A stretch of DNA of 64,000 bases from Ferruginibacter sp. (GCA_019638635.1 JAHBTM010000006.1:4360-68359), one strand, 5' to 3'; numbered from the stretch's first letter, positions 1 to 10,356 are shown. The notes: generated by a model not told the origin, from the sequence alone. Translations and numbers: made by a program.

Positions 1-279
1 TAAAGAGGCCTTCCCGTGTTGCATCGTATCCTTAATAGCCGCTACTTCCTGCTTTATTGCTTCAGCACCGGCAGCATCGCCCCGGCCTATGAATTGGCCA
101 ATCTGCTTCGATAAACGATTCACTTCTGCCTGCATCGTTTCTGTTTCCAGTTTTTGCTTGCGGAGTTTTTCATCCAAAGCCAATATCTCATCCACATATT
201 CTGGTTTCGAAAAATGCCTGACAGCAAGCCTTTCCTTCACCAATGCCGGATCCTGACGTATAATATTGATAGATAACAT
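1..279 (-). CDS. serS: Seryl-tRNA synthetase, N-terminal part (runs off window start)
   Basis: Manual translation from ATG at 279: MLSINIIRQDPALVKERLAVRHF...LDEKLRKQKLETE...VNRLSKQIG, the typical SerRS N-terminal coiled-coil arm; not in the ORF track. Confidence 0.85.
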   Translation of the reverse strand, partial: MLSINIIRQDPALVKERLAVRHFSKPEYVDEILALDEKLRKQKLETETMQAEVNRLSKQIGQFIGRGDAAGAEAIKQEVAAIKDTMQHGKASL

Positions 280-335
280 CCTTAAAATTTTGAAATCATT
301 AAGAGCGCAAAGATAAAGGGCAAATGCTTAATACT

Positions 336-343
336 TATTTTTG
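336..343 (+). promoter_or_regulatory. Bacteroidota -7 promoter box TATTTTTG, 4 nt before ATG 348
   Basis: Exact match to TAnnTTTG. Confidence 0.6.
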
Positions 344-347
344 CCGC

Positions 348-704
348 ATGGAGCATGCAGCAGCAGATTTGCAGGTACGATGGCTGAAGTTAAGAATCAA
401 ACTCAAAGAACGTTTCGGTATCAAACCGGATATGAATGGAGTGCTCCTCCTCATCGGCATTCAGGAACTGGGGCAGGGTCCACAGGAATTTTCCAAAGAA
501 CAGAAACAAGACCTGATGCACATTGCCGTGTGTAAAGTGCTTGCTCAAAGCGGGTATTATGTGTACGAAGGAGATGATGAAGAAGGATGGCCTCACTATG
601 CATCTGCCCAACCTCTGCCACCTTTTAATTTGATAGAGCAGGAAAATTTCCTGAAAGATCATATTTTGCTTTATTTTCAACAAAACGGATTTATAGAACC
701 ATGA
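348..704 (+). CDS. Conserved Bacteroidota hypothetical protein
   Basis: ORF 324..704; likely start ATG 348 just after the -7 box; contains LIGIQELG and EGWPHY motifs; ATGA overlap with the next gene. Confidence 0.7.
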   Translation: MEHAAADLQVRWLKLRIKLKERFGIKPDMNGVLLLIGIQELGQGPQEFSKEQKQDLMHIAVCKVLAQSGYYVYEGDDEEGWPHYASAQPLPPFNLIEQENFLKDHILLYFQQNGFIEP

Positions 705-1354
705 CAAAAAAAATCTTTTTCCTCGCCTTACTGGCCGCTTGCTTCAGCATCACCTCCTACGCTCAAAAAAGCTCGATTCGTGTACAAATCAGTACCGATT
801 CAGGAACCATCGTTGTAAAACTGTATGATGAAACCCCATTACATAGAGATAATTTTATCAAACTGGTACGACAAGGATTTTATGACAGCCTGCTGTTTCA
901 CCGTGTCATTCCTGAATTCATGATCCAGGGTGGAGACCCTACCAGCAAAAACGCACAACCCGGCACCATGCTCGGCGGAGGCGGTGGAAATATGGAAAGG
1001 ATTCCAGCTGAATTCCACCCCAACCTGTACCACAAAAAAGGAGCCCTGGCTGCCGCAAGAGATAACAATCCCGCGAAAGCCAGCAGTGCCTGCCAGTTCT
1101 ACCTGGTACAGGGAAAGAAATTCACTGATGGAGAATTAAGTATGATTGCCACACGCACCGGAAAAACGTTCTCGGACGAACAACGGAAAATGTACACCAC
1201 TGTGGGAGGGACACCATTTTTAGATCAGGACTATACCGTATTTGGCGAAATAGAATCGGGCCTGGAAGTAGTAGACAAAATTGTATCCGCCCAAAAAGAC
1301 GGAGCCAACAGGCCGCTTACCGATATCCGGATGCAAATTACAGAACTCCCGTAA
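701..1354 (+). CDS. Cyclophilin-type peptidyl-prolyl cis-trans isomerase with signal peptide
   Basis: TPLHRDNF, FHRVIPEFMIQGGDP, SSACQFYLVQG, GGTPFLDQDYTVFG. Confidence 0.95.
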   Translation: MTKKIFFLALLAACFSITSYAQKSSIRVQISTDSGTIVVKLYDETPLHRDNFIKLVRQGFYDSLLFHRVIPEFMIQGGDPTSKNAQPGTMLGGGGGNMERIPAEFHPNLYHKKGALAAARDNNPAKASSACQFYLVQGKKFTDGELSMIATRTGKTFSDEQRKMYTTVGGTPFLDQDYTVFGEIESGLEVVDKIVSAQKDGANRPLTDIRMQITELP

Positions 1355-1402
1355 GCGAACATTTTTTATCATAAATTGCAGCCCAATCTTTAAATCATTT
1401 TT

Positions 1403-1780
1403 ATGAACTATCCGGATAACCTCCGTTACACCAAAGACCACGAATGGGTTTCATTGGAAGGTAACGTTGCTACCATCGGCATTACTGATTTCGCACAACA
1501 CGAATTGGGCGATATTGTATATGTAGACATTAGCACCAAAGGGAAATCTTTAAACGCAGAAGAAATTTTTGGAACGGTGGAAGCTGTAAAAACAGTCAGT
1601 GATTTGTTTTTGCCGGTGGCCGGAACCATAAGCGAAGTAAACCCTGCCCTAGATGGTGCACCGGATTTGGTGAACAGCGATCCCTACGGCGAAGGCTGGA
1701 TGGTAAAAGTAACGGTAAACAATCCGGCTGATGTGGATGCCTTGATGGATGCCGCCGCTTATAAAGCCATGGTAGGTTAA
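1403..1780 (+). CDS. gcvH: Glycine cleavage system H protein
   Basis: [23 protein letters not shown], lipoyl-Lys motif [18 protein letters not shown]. Confidence 0.97.
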   Translation: MNYPDNLRYTKDHEWVSLEGNVATIGITDFAQHELGDIVYVDISTKGKSLNAEEIFGTVEAVKTVSDLFLPVAGTISEVNPALDGAPDLVNSDPYGEGWMVKVTVNNPADVDALMDAAAYKAMVG

Positions 1781-2190
1781 TGTCATTCCGCATTCCTACA
1801 TCCTATGGGCCTGGTATTATCTGGTTCCTCATTGTTTTGTTTCTGCTGACTTTGCCCGGAAGTGAAATTCCCAATCCTATTCCCTGGATGCAAAAGATTT
1901 ATTTTGATAAATGGGTGCATGCAGTATTGTTTGCCGTGCTCACCTGGCTGTGGTTGAACCCCACCCTGCGCACCGGAAAAACGCTTTCCACACAACGAAT
2001 GGTTACCACAGTATTCGTTATCATTGCATGGGGATTGGCAACGGAATATATTCAGGACCAATGGGTCCCCTTTCGCAGTTTTGAGTGGAGTGATTGGGGC
2101 GCAGATGCTGCAGGTACGTTAATGGGTGCTATCTTTTTCTATCAAATTACCCTCCCAAAGCATAAAAAGCGGAATTCATCGTTTAAATAA
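1780..2190 (+). CDS. VanZ family membrane protein
   Basis: DKWVHAVLFAVL, TEYIQ, RSFEWSDWGADAAG; several TM segments. Confidence 0.85.
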   Translation: MSFRIPTSYGPGIIWFLIVLFLLTLPGSEIPNPIPWMQKIYFDKWVHAVLFAVLTWLWLNPTLRTGKTLSTQRMVTTVFVIIAWGLATEYIQDQWVPFRSFEWSDWGADAAGTLMGAIFFYQITLPKHKKRNSSFK

Positions 2191-2212
2191 CATCATCCCG
2201 TAAACTTTAGTT

Positions 2213-2220
2213 TACATTTG
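2213..2220 (+). promoter_or_regulatory. -7 promoter box TACATTTG, 5 nt before ATG 2226
   Basis: Exact match to TAnnTTTG. Confidence 0.6.
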
Positions 2221-2225
2221 TAGAT

Positions 2226-2942
2226 ATGGAATACAACACCACCCGAAATAAACTGGAGATGAAGGAATATGGCAGACATATTCAGAAAATGGTTGAACAT
2301 CTCCTGAAAATTGAAGACAAGGAAGTACGGCAGAAAAATGCCTATGCCGTCATAGAATTGATGGGCTTTTTAAATCCACACCTGAAAAATGTGGAAGATT
2401 TTCGGCATAAACTGTGGGATCACCTCTTCCTGATCAGTGATTTTAAACTCGATGTGGATAGTCCGTACCCCATCCCTACCAGGGAAACCCTTCGCGCCAA
2501 ACCGGATCGCCTGCATTACCCTAAACGATATCCGAAGTTTAATCACCTCGGTAAGAATATTGAAATTGTAATTGATAAGGCCCTAAACGAAGAGAACCCT
2601 GAAAAGAAACAGGGTTTTGCCAATGCGATTGCATACTACATGAAACTAACGTACAGTAACTGGCATAAAGAACTGGTGCAGGATGAAACGATTCAAAGTG
2701 AACTAAGCACCATCACCAAAGGCGAACTGGAATTCACCAATCGTCCGTTTGTGAAACACCGCGCAGACAACCGTTCCGATATGGATGATTATGCATCCAG
2801 AGGTCAGTACCGGAAAAATTACGGTGCTCGCGACGGTCGTCAGGGGCAACAGGGAAGAGATAACCGCGGAGGCCAGCGCCGGGATGGCAATGGAAGAGAC
2901 CGCAACATGGGCGGAAACCGTAATTTTAAAAAACGCTACTAG
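2226..2942 (+). CDS. DUF4290 family protein with R/G/N-rich C-terminal tail
   Basis: MEYNT-R..L.MKEYGRHIQKMV, DFRHKLWDHL, LDVDSPYP; usual position upstream of murA in Bacteroidota. Confidence 0.9.
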   Translation: MEYNTTRNKLEMKEYGRHIQKMVEHLLKIEDKEVRQKNAYAVIELMGFLNPHLKNVEDFRHKLWDHLFLISDFKLDVDSPYPIPTRETLRAKPDRLHYPKRYPKFNHLGKNIEIVIDKALNEENPEKKQGFANAIAYYMKLTYSNWHKELVQDETIQSELSTITKGELEFTNRPFVKHRADNRSDMDDYASRGQYRKNYGARDGRQGQQGRDNRGGQRRDGNGRDRNMGGNRNFKKRY

Positions 2943-2967
2943 GCAATACCGTTAGTTGCAAGTTATG

Positions 2968-2999
2968 AACCCTAATCTTTGAACAGATCGGGGTTTTTT
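2968..2999 (+). terminator. Possible intrinsic terminator or processing hairpin between DUF4290 and murA
   Basis: AACCCTAATCT/AGATCGGGGTT imperfect stem followed by TTTT. Confidence 0.45.
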
Positions 3000-3025
3000 G
3001 TTCAACCTACACAACTCATTTTTCT

Positions 3026-4333
3026 ATGGCAGTATTCGAAGTGCTCGGCGGCAAAACATTATCAGGCAGTATTGAACCACAAGGTGCAAAAAATGAAGCA
3101 CTGCAGGTGATAGCCGCTGTGCTGCTTACAGAAGATACCGTAACCATCAGTAATGTGCCGGATATCATTGACGTTCGCTTGCTGATTGAATTACTCGAAA
3201 ACCTAAATGTTAAAGTAGAACGCAAAAGTGCCGACACTTGGGCTTTTACAGCCGGTGATGTACAAGTGGAATATTTAAAATCGCCTCAGTTTCGTCAGGA
3301 AAGTGCCAGACTCAGAGGCTCTGTCATGCTGGCCGGTCCATTGCTCGCCCGTTTCAGAAAGGCCTATTTGCCTAAACCCGGTGGAGACAAAATAGGACGC
3401 AGAAGAGTGGATACCCACATCATTGGCCTGGAACGCCTCGGTGCCTCATTCCGTTATGATGAACCCAGCGGATTCTTTCAACTCGAAACAAAAGGATTGA
3501 AAGGAACTACCATGTTGCTCGACGAGCCAAGCGTTACCGCTACGGCCAATATTCTGATGGCTGCGGTGATGGCGGAAGGCCAAACGGTGATGTACAATGC
3601 GGCCTGCGAACCTTATATACAGCAACTCTGTCATATGCTGGTGCGGATGGGCGCAAACATCTCCGGCATCGGAAGTAATTTACTCACCATTCAGGGCGTT
3701 GACAAACTACAGGGCACACAGCATACCCTGTTACCGGATATGATTGAGGTAGGTAGTTTTATTGGTATGGCAGCCATGACTCAAAGTAACCTGACAATAA
3801 AAAATGCGGGCGTACAACATTTAGGTATCATCCCTGAAAAGTTTGAACAACTGGGCATCCATCTTCAATTGTCGGGTGATGATATCATAGTACCGGCGCA
3901 GGAACGTTATACCATACAACGCTTTCTCGACGGAGGTGTACTTTCAGTGTATGATCACCCGTGGCCCGGTTTCACTCCCGATTTGCTCAGCATTGTGCTG
4001 GTGACGGCGATTCAGGCCAAAGGCAGTGTGCTCATTCACCAGAAAATGTTTGAAAGCCGTTTGTTCTTTGTAGACAAGCTGATTGAAATGGGTGCACAAA
4101 TCATCCTGTGCGATCCGCACCGTGCTGTAGTGATTGGACTCGATCGTCAGAAACCATTAAGGGGCATACACATGACCTCTCCGGATATTCGTGCTGGTGT
4201 GGCTCTGCTGATTGCAGCCATGAGCGCAGAGGGCACCAGTGTGATACAAAACATTGAACAAATAGATCGAGGATACCAGTCTATAGATACCCGCCTGAAT
4301 GCATTAGGAGCGTCTATTCAAAGAATCAGTTAA
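3026..4333 (+). CDS. murA: UDP-N-acetylglucosamine 1-carboxyvinyltransferase
   Basis: GAKNEAL, LRGSVMLAGPLLARF, PGGDKIGRRRVDTH (Asp at the Cys115-equivalent position, as in fosfomycin-insensitive MurA), PWPGFTPDL, SPDIRAG, IDRGY. Confidence 0.97.
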   Translation: MAVFEVLGGKTLSGSIEPQGAKNEALQVIAAVLLTEDTVTISNVPDIIDVRLLIELLENLNVKVERKSADTWAFTAGDVQVEYLKSPQFRQESARLRGSVMLAGPLLARFRKAYLPKPGGDKIGRRRVDTHIIGLERLGASFRYDEPSGFFQLETKGLKGTTMLLDEPSVTATANILMAAVMAEGQTVMYNAACEPYIQQLCHMLVRMGANISGIGSNLLTIQGVDKLQGTQHTLLPDMIEVGSFIGMAAMTQSNLTIKNAGVQHLGIIPEKFEQLGIHLQLSGDDIIVPAQERYTIQRFLDGGVLSVYDHPWPGFTPDLLSIVLVTAIQAKGSVLIHQKMFESRLFFVDKLIEMGAQIILCDPHRAVVIGLDRQKPLRGIHMTSPDIRAGVALLIAAMSAEGTSVIQNIEQIDRGYQSIDTRLNALGASIQRIS

Positions 4334-4366
4334 CGTTTAAGTGCCTTTTTATTCTTTTCTTTGCGC

Positions 4367-4948
4367 ATGAGCCGTACGTATAAAAAAATAATCATCATTA
4401 CCGCTCCGTCCGGTGCCGGCAAAACTTCTATCACACGCCATTTACTACAACATTTTCCGGTGCTGGCATTTTCCGTTTCTGCCACCACCCGAAAAGCAAG
4501 GGCCAACGAAACGCACGGAAAAGATTACTATTTCATCACCCTTGAAGATTTTAAGAAGAAAATTGTAAATGATGAATTTATTGAATGGGAGATGGTATAT
4601 GTAGGAAATTATTACGGCACATTAAAAACAGAAATAGAACGTATTTGGAGCGAAGGAAAAATTCCTGTGCTCGATATTGATGTAAAAGGAGCCATCCATG
4701 TACAAAGAGAATATCCGATTAATACGCTGAGTATTTTTATTGAACCCCCATCGGTGGAAGTGCTGAGGGAAAGATTATCGAGCCGTGGCAGCGAAACCCA
4801 GGATACACTTGAAACCCGCGTCAGCAAAGCTTCTTACGAAATTACTTTCAAAGACCATTTTGATGAAGTGATTGTGAATGACGACTTGCAAAAAGCTTGC
4901 AACGAAGCAGAATTGCTGGTGGACAATTTCCTCAACCAACCGTTGTAA
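4367..4948 (+). CDS. gmk: Guanylate kinase
   Basis: TAPSGAGKTS P-loop, SVSATTRKAR..E.HGKDYYF, YYGT, LDIDVKGA, FIEPPS; ATG 4367 preferred over TTG 4361. Confidence 0.96.
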   Translation: MSRTYKKIIIITAPSGAGKTSITRHLLQHFPVLAFSVSATTRKARANETHGKDYYFITLEDFKKKIVNDEFIEWEMVYVGNYYGTLKTEIERIWSEGKIPVLDIDVKGAIHVQREYPINTLSIFIEPPSVEVLRERLSSRGSETQDTLETRVSKASYEITFKDHFDEVIVNDDLQKACNEAELLVDNFLNQPL

Positions 4949-4977
4949 TGTAATCGTTAAACCGTATATTTATTGAT

Positions 4978-6270
4978 ATGGAATGGGTTTCATTGATTGC
5001 GATCTTAGTTTCACTTGTGATTATCGGCTTTTTGGCCGGATTGGAATCCGCATTTATTTCATCCAACAAATTGTCTATTGAACTTGCGCGCAAGCAGGGA
5101 AAATATGCCGGTAAAACCTGGAGTCATTTTGCGGATAACCCTACCCGTTTCATGGGGACACTCTTGCTCGGTTATAGCGTGATGTTGGTTTTGTACGGAT
5201 TGCTCATCGGTGATTTATTGTCTCCGGTTTGGAATTGGATAGAACCCAAATTACCACCCGCTGCCGAAGCATATCTGAAGTACATTCGTTTACTGGTAGA
5301 AACAGTATTGGCATTATCCATTATTTTATTTGTAGAAGTTTTGAGCAGGGCCATTTTTCGTTCAAGCCATCATGTAATTCTTCAAAACGGCATCATCAGT
5401 TACATGGCCAATTTTTTTTATTGGCTGTTGTCTTCTCTGTCTTCCTTTTTTGTAAACGCATCGGAATGGATGTTGAAATATGTTTTTAATGTGCGCCTGA
5501 GCAAAAGAAAGGAGGTGTTCAGTAAGGTTGATTTGGAACAGTTCATCCAGCAGTTAAGATCAGGCGACGATGAAGATGTATCAGAATTAAACAAAGAGTT
5601 GTTTGAGAATGCGCTATCGCTGAGTGAAGTTAAACTCAGGGAGTGCCTCATCCCGCGAAAAGAAATTGTAAGTATGGATGTGCGGAGCTCTGTTGAAGAA
5701 GCACGGCAAAAATTCATTCAAACCAAACTCACCCGGTTGATTGTGTACGATCAGTCTATTGACAATGTGGTGGGATATATTCACCAACTGGATATGTTTT
5801 CTAACCCTCCTGATATCCGTCAAATACTGCATCCCATCCCCATGGTGCCTGAGAGTATGTCGGCCACCGATCTCATGAACAAATTCAACAGGGAGCGTAG
5901 AAGTATAGCGTGGGTGGTGGATGAGTTCGGCGGAACGTCAGGCATTGTAACCATGGAAGATTTACTGGAAGAAATTTTTGGTGATATTCAGGATGAATAT
6001 GATGTGGGGGAAACACTTATTGAAAGGAAGTTGTCGGACAGTGAATATTTACTTAGCGGAAGGCTGAAACTGGATTACATTCAAGAAAAATATGGCATGA
6101 AGTTTCCGGAGCACAACAACGAAGCAGAGACGCTCTCCGGATACATCGTGCAATACAACGAATCTATCCCTAAACAAAGGGGGCGCATCATTGCTGGTAA
6201 ATATGAATTCGAAATTATAACGATGAGCGGTACACGCATTGAAACCGTGAAATTAAAAGTGTTGAGGTAG
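4978..6270 (+). CDS. Hemolysin-family CNNM/CBS/CorC_HlyC membrane protein
   Basis: N-terminal TM domain (FLAGLESAFIS), CBS pair (CLIPRKEI, VVDEFGGTSGIVTMEDLLEEIFGDIQDEYD), C-terminal CorC domain (ETLSGYI). Confidence 0.92.
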   Translation: MEWVSLIAILVSLVIIGFLAGLESAFISSNKLSIELARKQGKYAGKTWSHFADNPTRFMGTLLLGYSVMLVLYGLLIGDLLSPVWNWIEPKLPPAAEAYLKYIRLLVETVLALSIILFVEVLSRAIFRSSHHVILQNGIISYMANFFYWLLSSLSSFFVNASEWMLKYVFNVRLSKRKEVFSKVDLEQFIQQLRSGDDEDVSELNKELFENALSLSEVKLRECLIPRKEIVSMDVRSSVEEARQKFIQTKLTRLIVYDQSIDNVVGYIHQLDMFSNPPDIRQILHPIPMVPESMSATDLMNKFNRERRSIAWVVDEFGGTSGIVTMEDLLEEIFGDIQDEYDVGETLIERKLSDSEYLLSGRLKLDYIQEKYGMKFPEHNNEAETLSGYIVQYNESIPKQRGRIIAGKYEFEIITMSGTRIETVKLKVLR

Positions 6271-6271
6271 C

Positions 6272-7342
6272 ATGACCATTGCCGTGCATATTCCCGGAAC
6301 ACCACCTGAACATTCGTTCTATTTCTGGTGCTTTAGCGAAATGGCTTCGTTGTATCCCGACCATCATTTTATTTTTATAACCGATCATCCTTTCACCACT
6401 TCCCCGGAACTGCCGGCCAATGTTACGCCACATCATTGCCCACCCATTATCAAAAACACATTGATCAGATATTACTGGTATCAGGTGAAACTACCTGCTA
6501 TACTGGAAAGATATCAGGTAGATGGTATGTTCACTCCCGGATTGTTTTGTAGTCTGGCAACCCGCGTACCGCAGGTGATGTTGCTGAATCACGCGCCTTC
6601 CCGCAAAGAATCTCAGGGCAATGTTTGGTTAAAAAGATATATCCGTAAGGCATCAGCTATAGCCTGCACAACATCCGGTATTGAAAATAAAGTTCAGGCA
6701 ATGTTCCCTGTTACATCAGGAAAGTGCCGGGTAACCGGCAAAGGTATTCACCCGCTGTTTGTACCTCATTCAGAAGTGGTACTGGATGCCCTCCGGAAAC
6801 ATAGCACTAACGGAAACGCATACCTTATTTTTGAAATCAATGAGAAGAATACATTGGCTTTCAGAACCGTCCTAAAAGCGTTCACGATTTTTAAAAAATG
6901 GCAACGCTCTTCGATTGAGCTGGTGTGTTTGCTACGTACCGCCTCCAACCAGCCACCCATCAGCGATTTTTCAAGTTATAAACTGCGGCAGCAGGTGCAC
7001 TGTGTCCATAAACCGGATCCGGCTGCAACGGCTGCATGGTATGCCGGCTGTTATGCATGGTTGGATGTGGATACGGCATCCAGGCTGGAGGAACAGGCAT
7101 TATGTGCCATGCAAACCCTGGTACCGGTGTTGTCGGCATCAACCTACCCGCTTATACCTGAGGATTCATATCTCAAAACGAATTTAACTGAACAGGGGGT
7201 GGCTGAAAACATGATGCGCATTTATAAGGATGAAGTGTTGCGGAATCAATTGATACATTCGGCAACCCGCACCTTGCAATCATATAACCGGCAAAACATG
7301 TATGAGGCATTGTTTAAACTGGCATCGGGCATAAACCGCTAA
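6272..7342 (+). CDS. GT-B fold glycosyltransferase (GT4-like), divergent
   Basis: GT4-like layout (YFWCFSEMASLYPDHHFIFI, VLKAFTIFKKWQRS, AMQTLVPVL, MMRIYKDEVLRNQLI); the E-x7-E motif is degenerate. Confidence 0.7.
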   Translation: MTIAVHIPGTPPEHSFYFWCFSEMASLYPDHHFIFITDHPFTTSPELPANVTPHHCPPIIKNTLIRYYWYQVKLPAILERYQVDGMFTPGLFCSLATRVPQVMLLNHAPSRKESQGNVWLKRYIRKASAIACTTSGIENKVQAMFPVTSGKCRVTGKGIHPLFVPHSEVVLDALRKHSTNGNAYLIFEINEKNTLAFRTVLKAFTIFKKWQRSSIELVCLLRTASNQPPISDFSSYKLRQQVHCVHKPDPAATAAWYAGCYAWLDVDTASRLEEQALCAMQTLVPVLSASTYPLIPEDSYLKTNLTEQGVAENMMRIYKDEVLRNQLIHSATRTLQSYNRQNMYEALFKLASGINR

Positions 7343-7370
7343 ACCACGTATTTTTGCAGAAATTAAGACC

Positions 7371-7718
7371 ATGCAAAAATCATCTATACAAATTGATATA
7401 ATGCTCGATCCGCTCAAAGTGCCGGAACAAATACACTGGAATGCGAGCGATACCCGCAGCGAAATGCAGCAACGGGCCAAGGCAATGTTTCTGGCATTTT
7501 GGGATGGTGCAGATAAAACAGCGCTTCGCATCGACTTATGGACCAAAGACATGATGGTGGATGAAATGGGCGATTTCTACTATCAGATGTTTATGACGAT
7601 GGCCGACACGTTTCAGCGTGCAACACGCCAGGAGGCCCTAAGTGAAGAGATGAAATCCTATGCCAAAGATTTCTTCAGCAAATTCAAGCAAGCGCTTCTT
7701 AAAGAACAACAACCTTAA
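7371..7718 (+). CDS. gldC: Gliding motility protein GldC
   Basis: VPEQIHWNASD, KAMFLAFWD, LRIDLWTKDMMVDEM, MADTFQRAT. Confidence 0.92.
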   Translation: MQKSSIQIDIMLDPLKVPEQIHWNASDTRSEMQQRAKAMFLAFWDGADKTALRIDLWTKDMMVDEMGDFYYQMFMTMADTFQRATRQEALSEEMKSYAKDFFSKFKQALLKEQQP

Positions 7719-7729
7719 ACACATTCGAT

Positions 7730-8179
7730 ATGCAACTGGAACAAAAAGTAATGGCTGAAATGAAAGAAGCCATGAAATCTAAAAATGAAGCTGCATTGCG
7801 TGCGCTGCGCGGAATAAAAGCTGAAATCATTAAAGCTAAAACAGAACCCGGAGCCAATGGCTCAGTGGATGAAGCCGGTGAAATGAAGTTGCTTCAAAAA
7901 ATGATGAAACAACGCAAAGACTCCTATGAAATTTTTGTACAGCAAGGCAGGGCAGAACTCGCCGAAAAAGAAAAGGAAGAAATGGACGTTATTGCACGTT
8001 TTCTGCCGGCCCAATTAACAGAAGATGAAATAACTGCTATCATTAAACGCATTATTACAGAAACGGGAGCCTCAACTGCTGCGGATATGGGAAAAGTGAT
8101 GGGTGCGGCATCAAAAGAAATGGCCGGCCGTGCCGATGGAAAATTGATTAGTCAGTTGGTGAAATCTCTCCTCGGTTAA
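7730..8179 (+). CDS. GatB/YqeY domain protein
   Basis: MKEAMKSKNE, KMMKQRKDS, FLPAQL, DMGKVMG, GRADGK. Confidence 0.95.
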   Translation: MQLEQKVMAEMKEAMKSKNEAALRALRGIKAEIIKAKTEPGANGSVDEAGEMKLLQKMMKQRKDSYEIFVQQGRAELAEKEKEEMDVIARFLPAQLTEDEITAIIKRIITETGASTAADMGKVMGAASKEMAGRADGKLISQLVKSLLG

Positions 8180-8185
8180 TCCCTC

Positions 8186-8719
8186 ATGTGGCTCGATGTG
8201 ATGATAGCAGCCCTTGGATTCTTAGCTATAATGCAAGGGATTAGAAACGGATTGGTCATGGCCGCTTTTTCTCTTATGGCACTGGTGGCAGGATTGGCAG
8301 CCGCCACCAAGCTCTCAGCGGTTGTAGCGGTACGCTTATCGGAGTCGGGTTATACCTGGCTTCCATTCATATCGTTTTTATTGGTATTCATCGTAGTGGT
8401 TTTGTTGGTGCGTATAGCAGGAAGTATGATGCAGCAGGCCGTACAATGGTCGATGCTGGGATGGATGAACCGAATCGCCGGTGCCGGTTTGTACTTGCTG
8501 TTGTACGGAATCATCATTAGTGTATTCCTGTTCTATTTGGCAGAAATGCGGTGGATTGCACCTGAAACCACAGAGAAATCTTTTTTTTATAATGTGTTGT
8601 ATCCCGTTGCACCTGCAGTGATAGAAAAGTTAGGTGCCTGGATACCGGTTTTTAAAGATGTATTCATTGAATTACAACAGTTTTTCGGCACCCTGGAAGA
8701 TAAAATATACGTTGAATAA
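8186..8719 (+). CDS. CvpA (colicin V production) family membrane protein
   Basis: MWLDVMI..GIRNGLV, LGWMNRIAGAGL; four TM segments. Confidence 0.9.
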   Translation: MWLDVMIAALGFLAIMQGIRNGLVMAAFSLMALVAGLAAATKLSAVVAVRLSESGYTWLPFISFLLVFIVVVLLVRIAGSMMQQAVQWSMLGWMNRIAGAGLYLLLYGIIISVFLFYLAEMRWIAPETTEKSFFYNVLYPVAPAVIEKLGAWIPVFKDVFIELQQFFGTLEDKIYVE

Positions 8720-8801
8720 GAGGCATTTGTTGTATTTTGACGTAATTTAGTGAGTGGCGATAAACAGTTGACTGACATTTGCAAACTAAACCGGCGAAGA
8801 G

Positions 8802-9579
8802 GATGAGTTTTGACATTAAACAAGACGGAAAATTTAAATTTATTGAGGAGGGTGAGGGAGAACCGCTGATGTTGCTGCATGGATTATTTGGAGCCCTCAG
8901 CAACTTCTCAGCGTTAATCCATCATTTTAAAAAAACGAATTTAGTAGTGGTACCCATGCTGCCTCTGCTCGACCTCGACCTGCTGCATACCTCTGTTGGA
9001 GGATTGCAGAAATACGTACACAAATTTATCGAACAAAGAAAATATGATGGCATCCACCTGATGGGGAATTCTCTGGGAGGACATGTTGCACTCGTTCATA
9101 TCCTGAAACACCCGGAAAAAATCAGATCGCTGATTCTGACAGGAAGTTCAGGTTTGTTTGAAAATGGAATGGGAGACACTTATCCGAAGCGTGGCGATAA
9201 AGAATACATCCGCAAGAAAACTCAACTTACCTTTTACGATCCCGCAATGGCCACTGATGAACTGGTGGATGAGGTTTTTGAAATAACGAACAATAGGCTG
9301 AAGGTGATTAAAATTATTGCGCTGGCTAAAAGCGCCATCCGTAATAACCTCGGCGATGAACTTACACAGATTACGCAACCGTGCTGTCTGATCTGGGGAA
9401 ATAATGACACCATTACTCCACCTTTTGTGGCTAAAGAGTTTCAACGATTGATTCCTAATAGTGAACTCCATTTTATTGATCAATGCGGGCACGCACCCAT
9501 GATGGAAGTGCCCGGTGAGTTCAACCAGATTCTGGAAGGATTTCTGAGCAGAATAAAAATGCCCGCTGCAACGGTTTAA
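8802..9579 (+). CDS. Alpha/beta fold hydrolase
   Basis: LLHGLFGALSNF, nucleophile GNSLGG, IWGNND, CGHAPMME; likely start ATG 8802 (MSFDIK). Confidence 0.92.
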
Positions 9580-9653
9580 ACAGTTTTTTTGTCTTGTTCC
9601 CATACAGCGATCGAACATCCGGTACATATTTGCCCGAACTTAACTCAACACCC

Positions 9654-10316
9654 ATGTTAACGAAAGACCTGATTAACCACAGCATACCGCGATTACAACC
9701 CCAGGATACCGTTGCAAAGGCCCTGCAGCTGATGAATGATTTCAGGTTAACACATCTCCCCATTGTACAGGATAATCTTTTTGTCGGATTAATCAGTGAA
9801 GATGATTTACTGGATGTGCTCGACGACAGAACCACCCTGAATGCCCTGCATCGCCAGTATATTGCTGCCACTATTAAATCATCAGATTATTTTCTGACAG
9901 CACTCGATTGCTGCATGCAATTTGAATGCCGAGTAGTAGCCGTAGTGGATGAGAAAAATGAATATCAGGGAAGCATCACTTCTTGGGATTTACTGAAAAC
10001 CATTGGTGAGTTCATAGGTTCCGGACATCAGGGGAGTATTATTGCATTATCGGTTGACAGAATCCATTACAATGTGTCGGAAATTTGCAGAATCATTGAA
10101 AGCAATGACGCAACCATCATGCACCTCAATACCATGTTTCACCCCAATACAGATATCATGACCGTTACCATTCAGATCAACAAAACGGAAGTGAACAGCA
10201 TTGTATCCACTTTTGAACGTTTCGAATACAATGTGATTTATAACCACGGTCCCGAAAACCTTGAAAGCGAAGTGGAAAGTAACTATAAACACCTGATGAA
10301 TTATCTCAACATTTAA
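9654..10316 (+). CDS. CBS domain-containing protein
   Basis: Two CBS repeats (DTVAKALQLM, HLPIV, GLISEDDLL) and C-terminal tail TFERFEYNV...NYKHLMNYLNI; likely start ATG 9654. Confidence 0.88.
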   Translation: MLTKDLINHSIPRLQPQDTVAKALQLMNDFRLTHLPIVQDNLFVGLISEDDLLDVLDDRTTLNALHRQYIAATIKSSDYFLTALDCCMQFECRVVAVVDEKNEYQGSITSWDLLKTIGEFIGSGHQGSIIALSVDRIHYNVSEICRIIESNDATIMHLNTMFHPNTDIMTVTIQINKTEVNSIVSTFERFEYNVIYNHGPENLESEVESNYKHLMNYLNI

Positions 10317-10356
10317 ACTGTTATATCTCCCCATCGTAACCGGATTATCGCACAGG

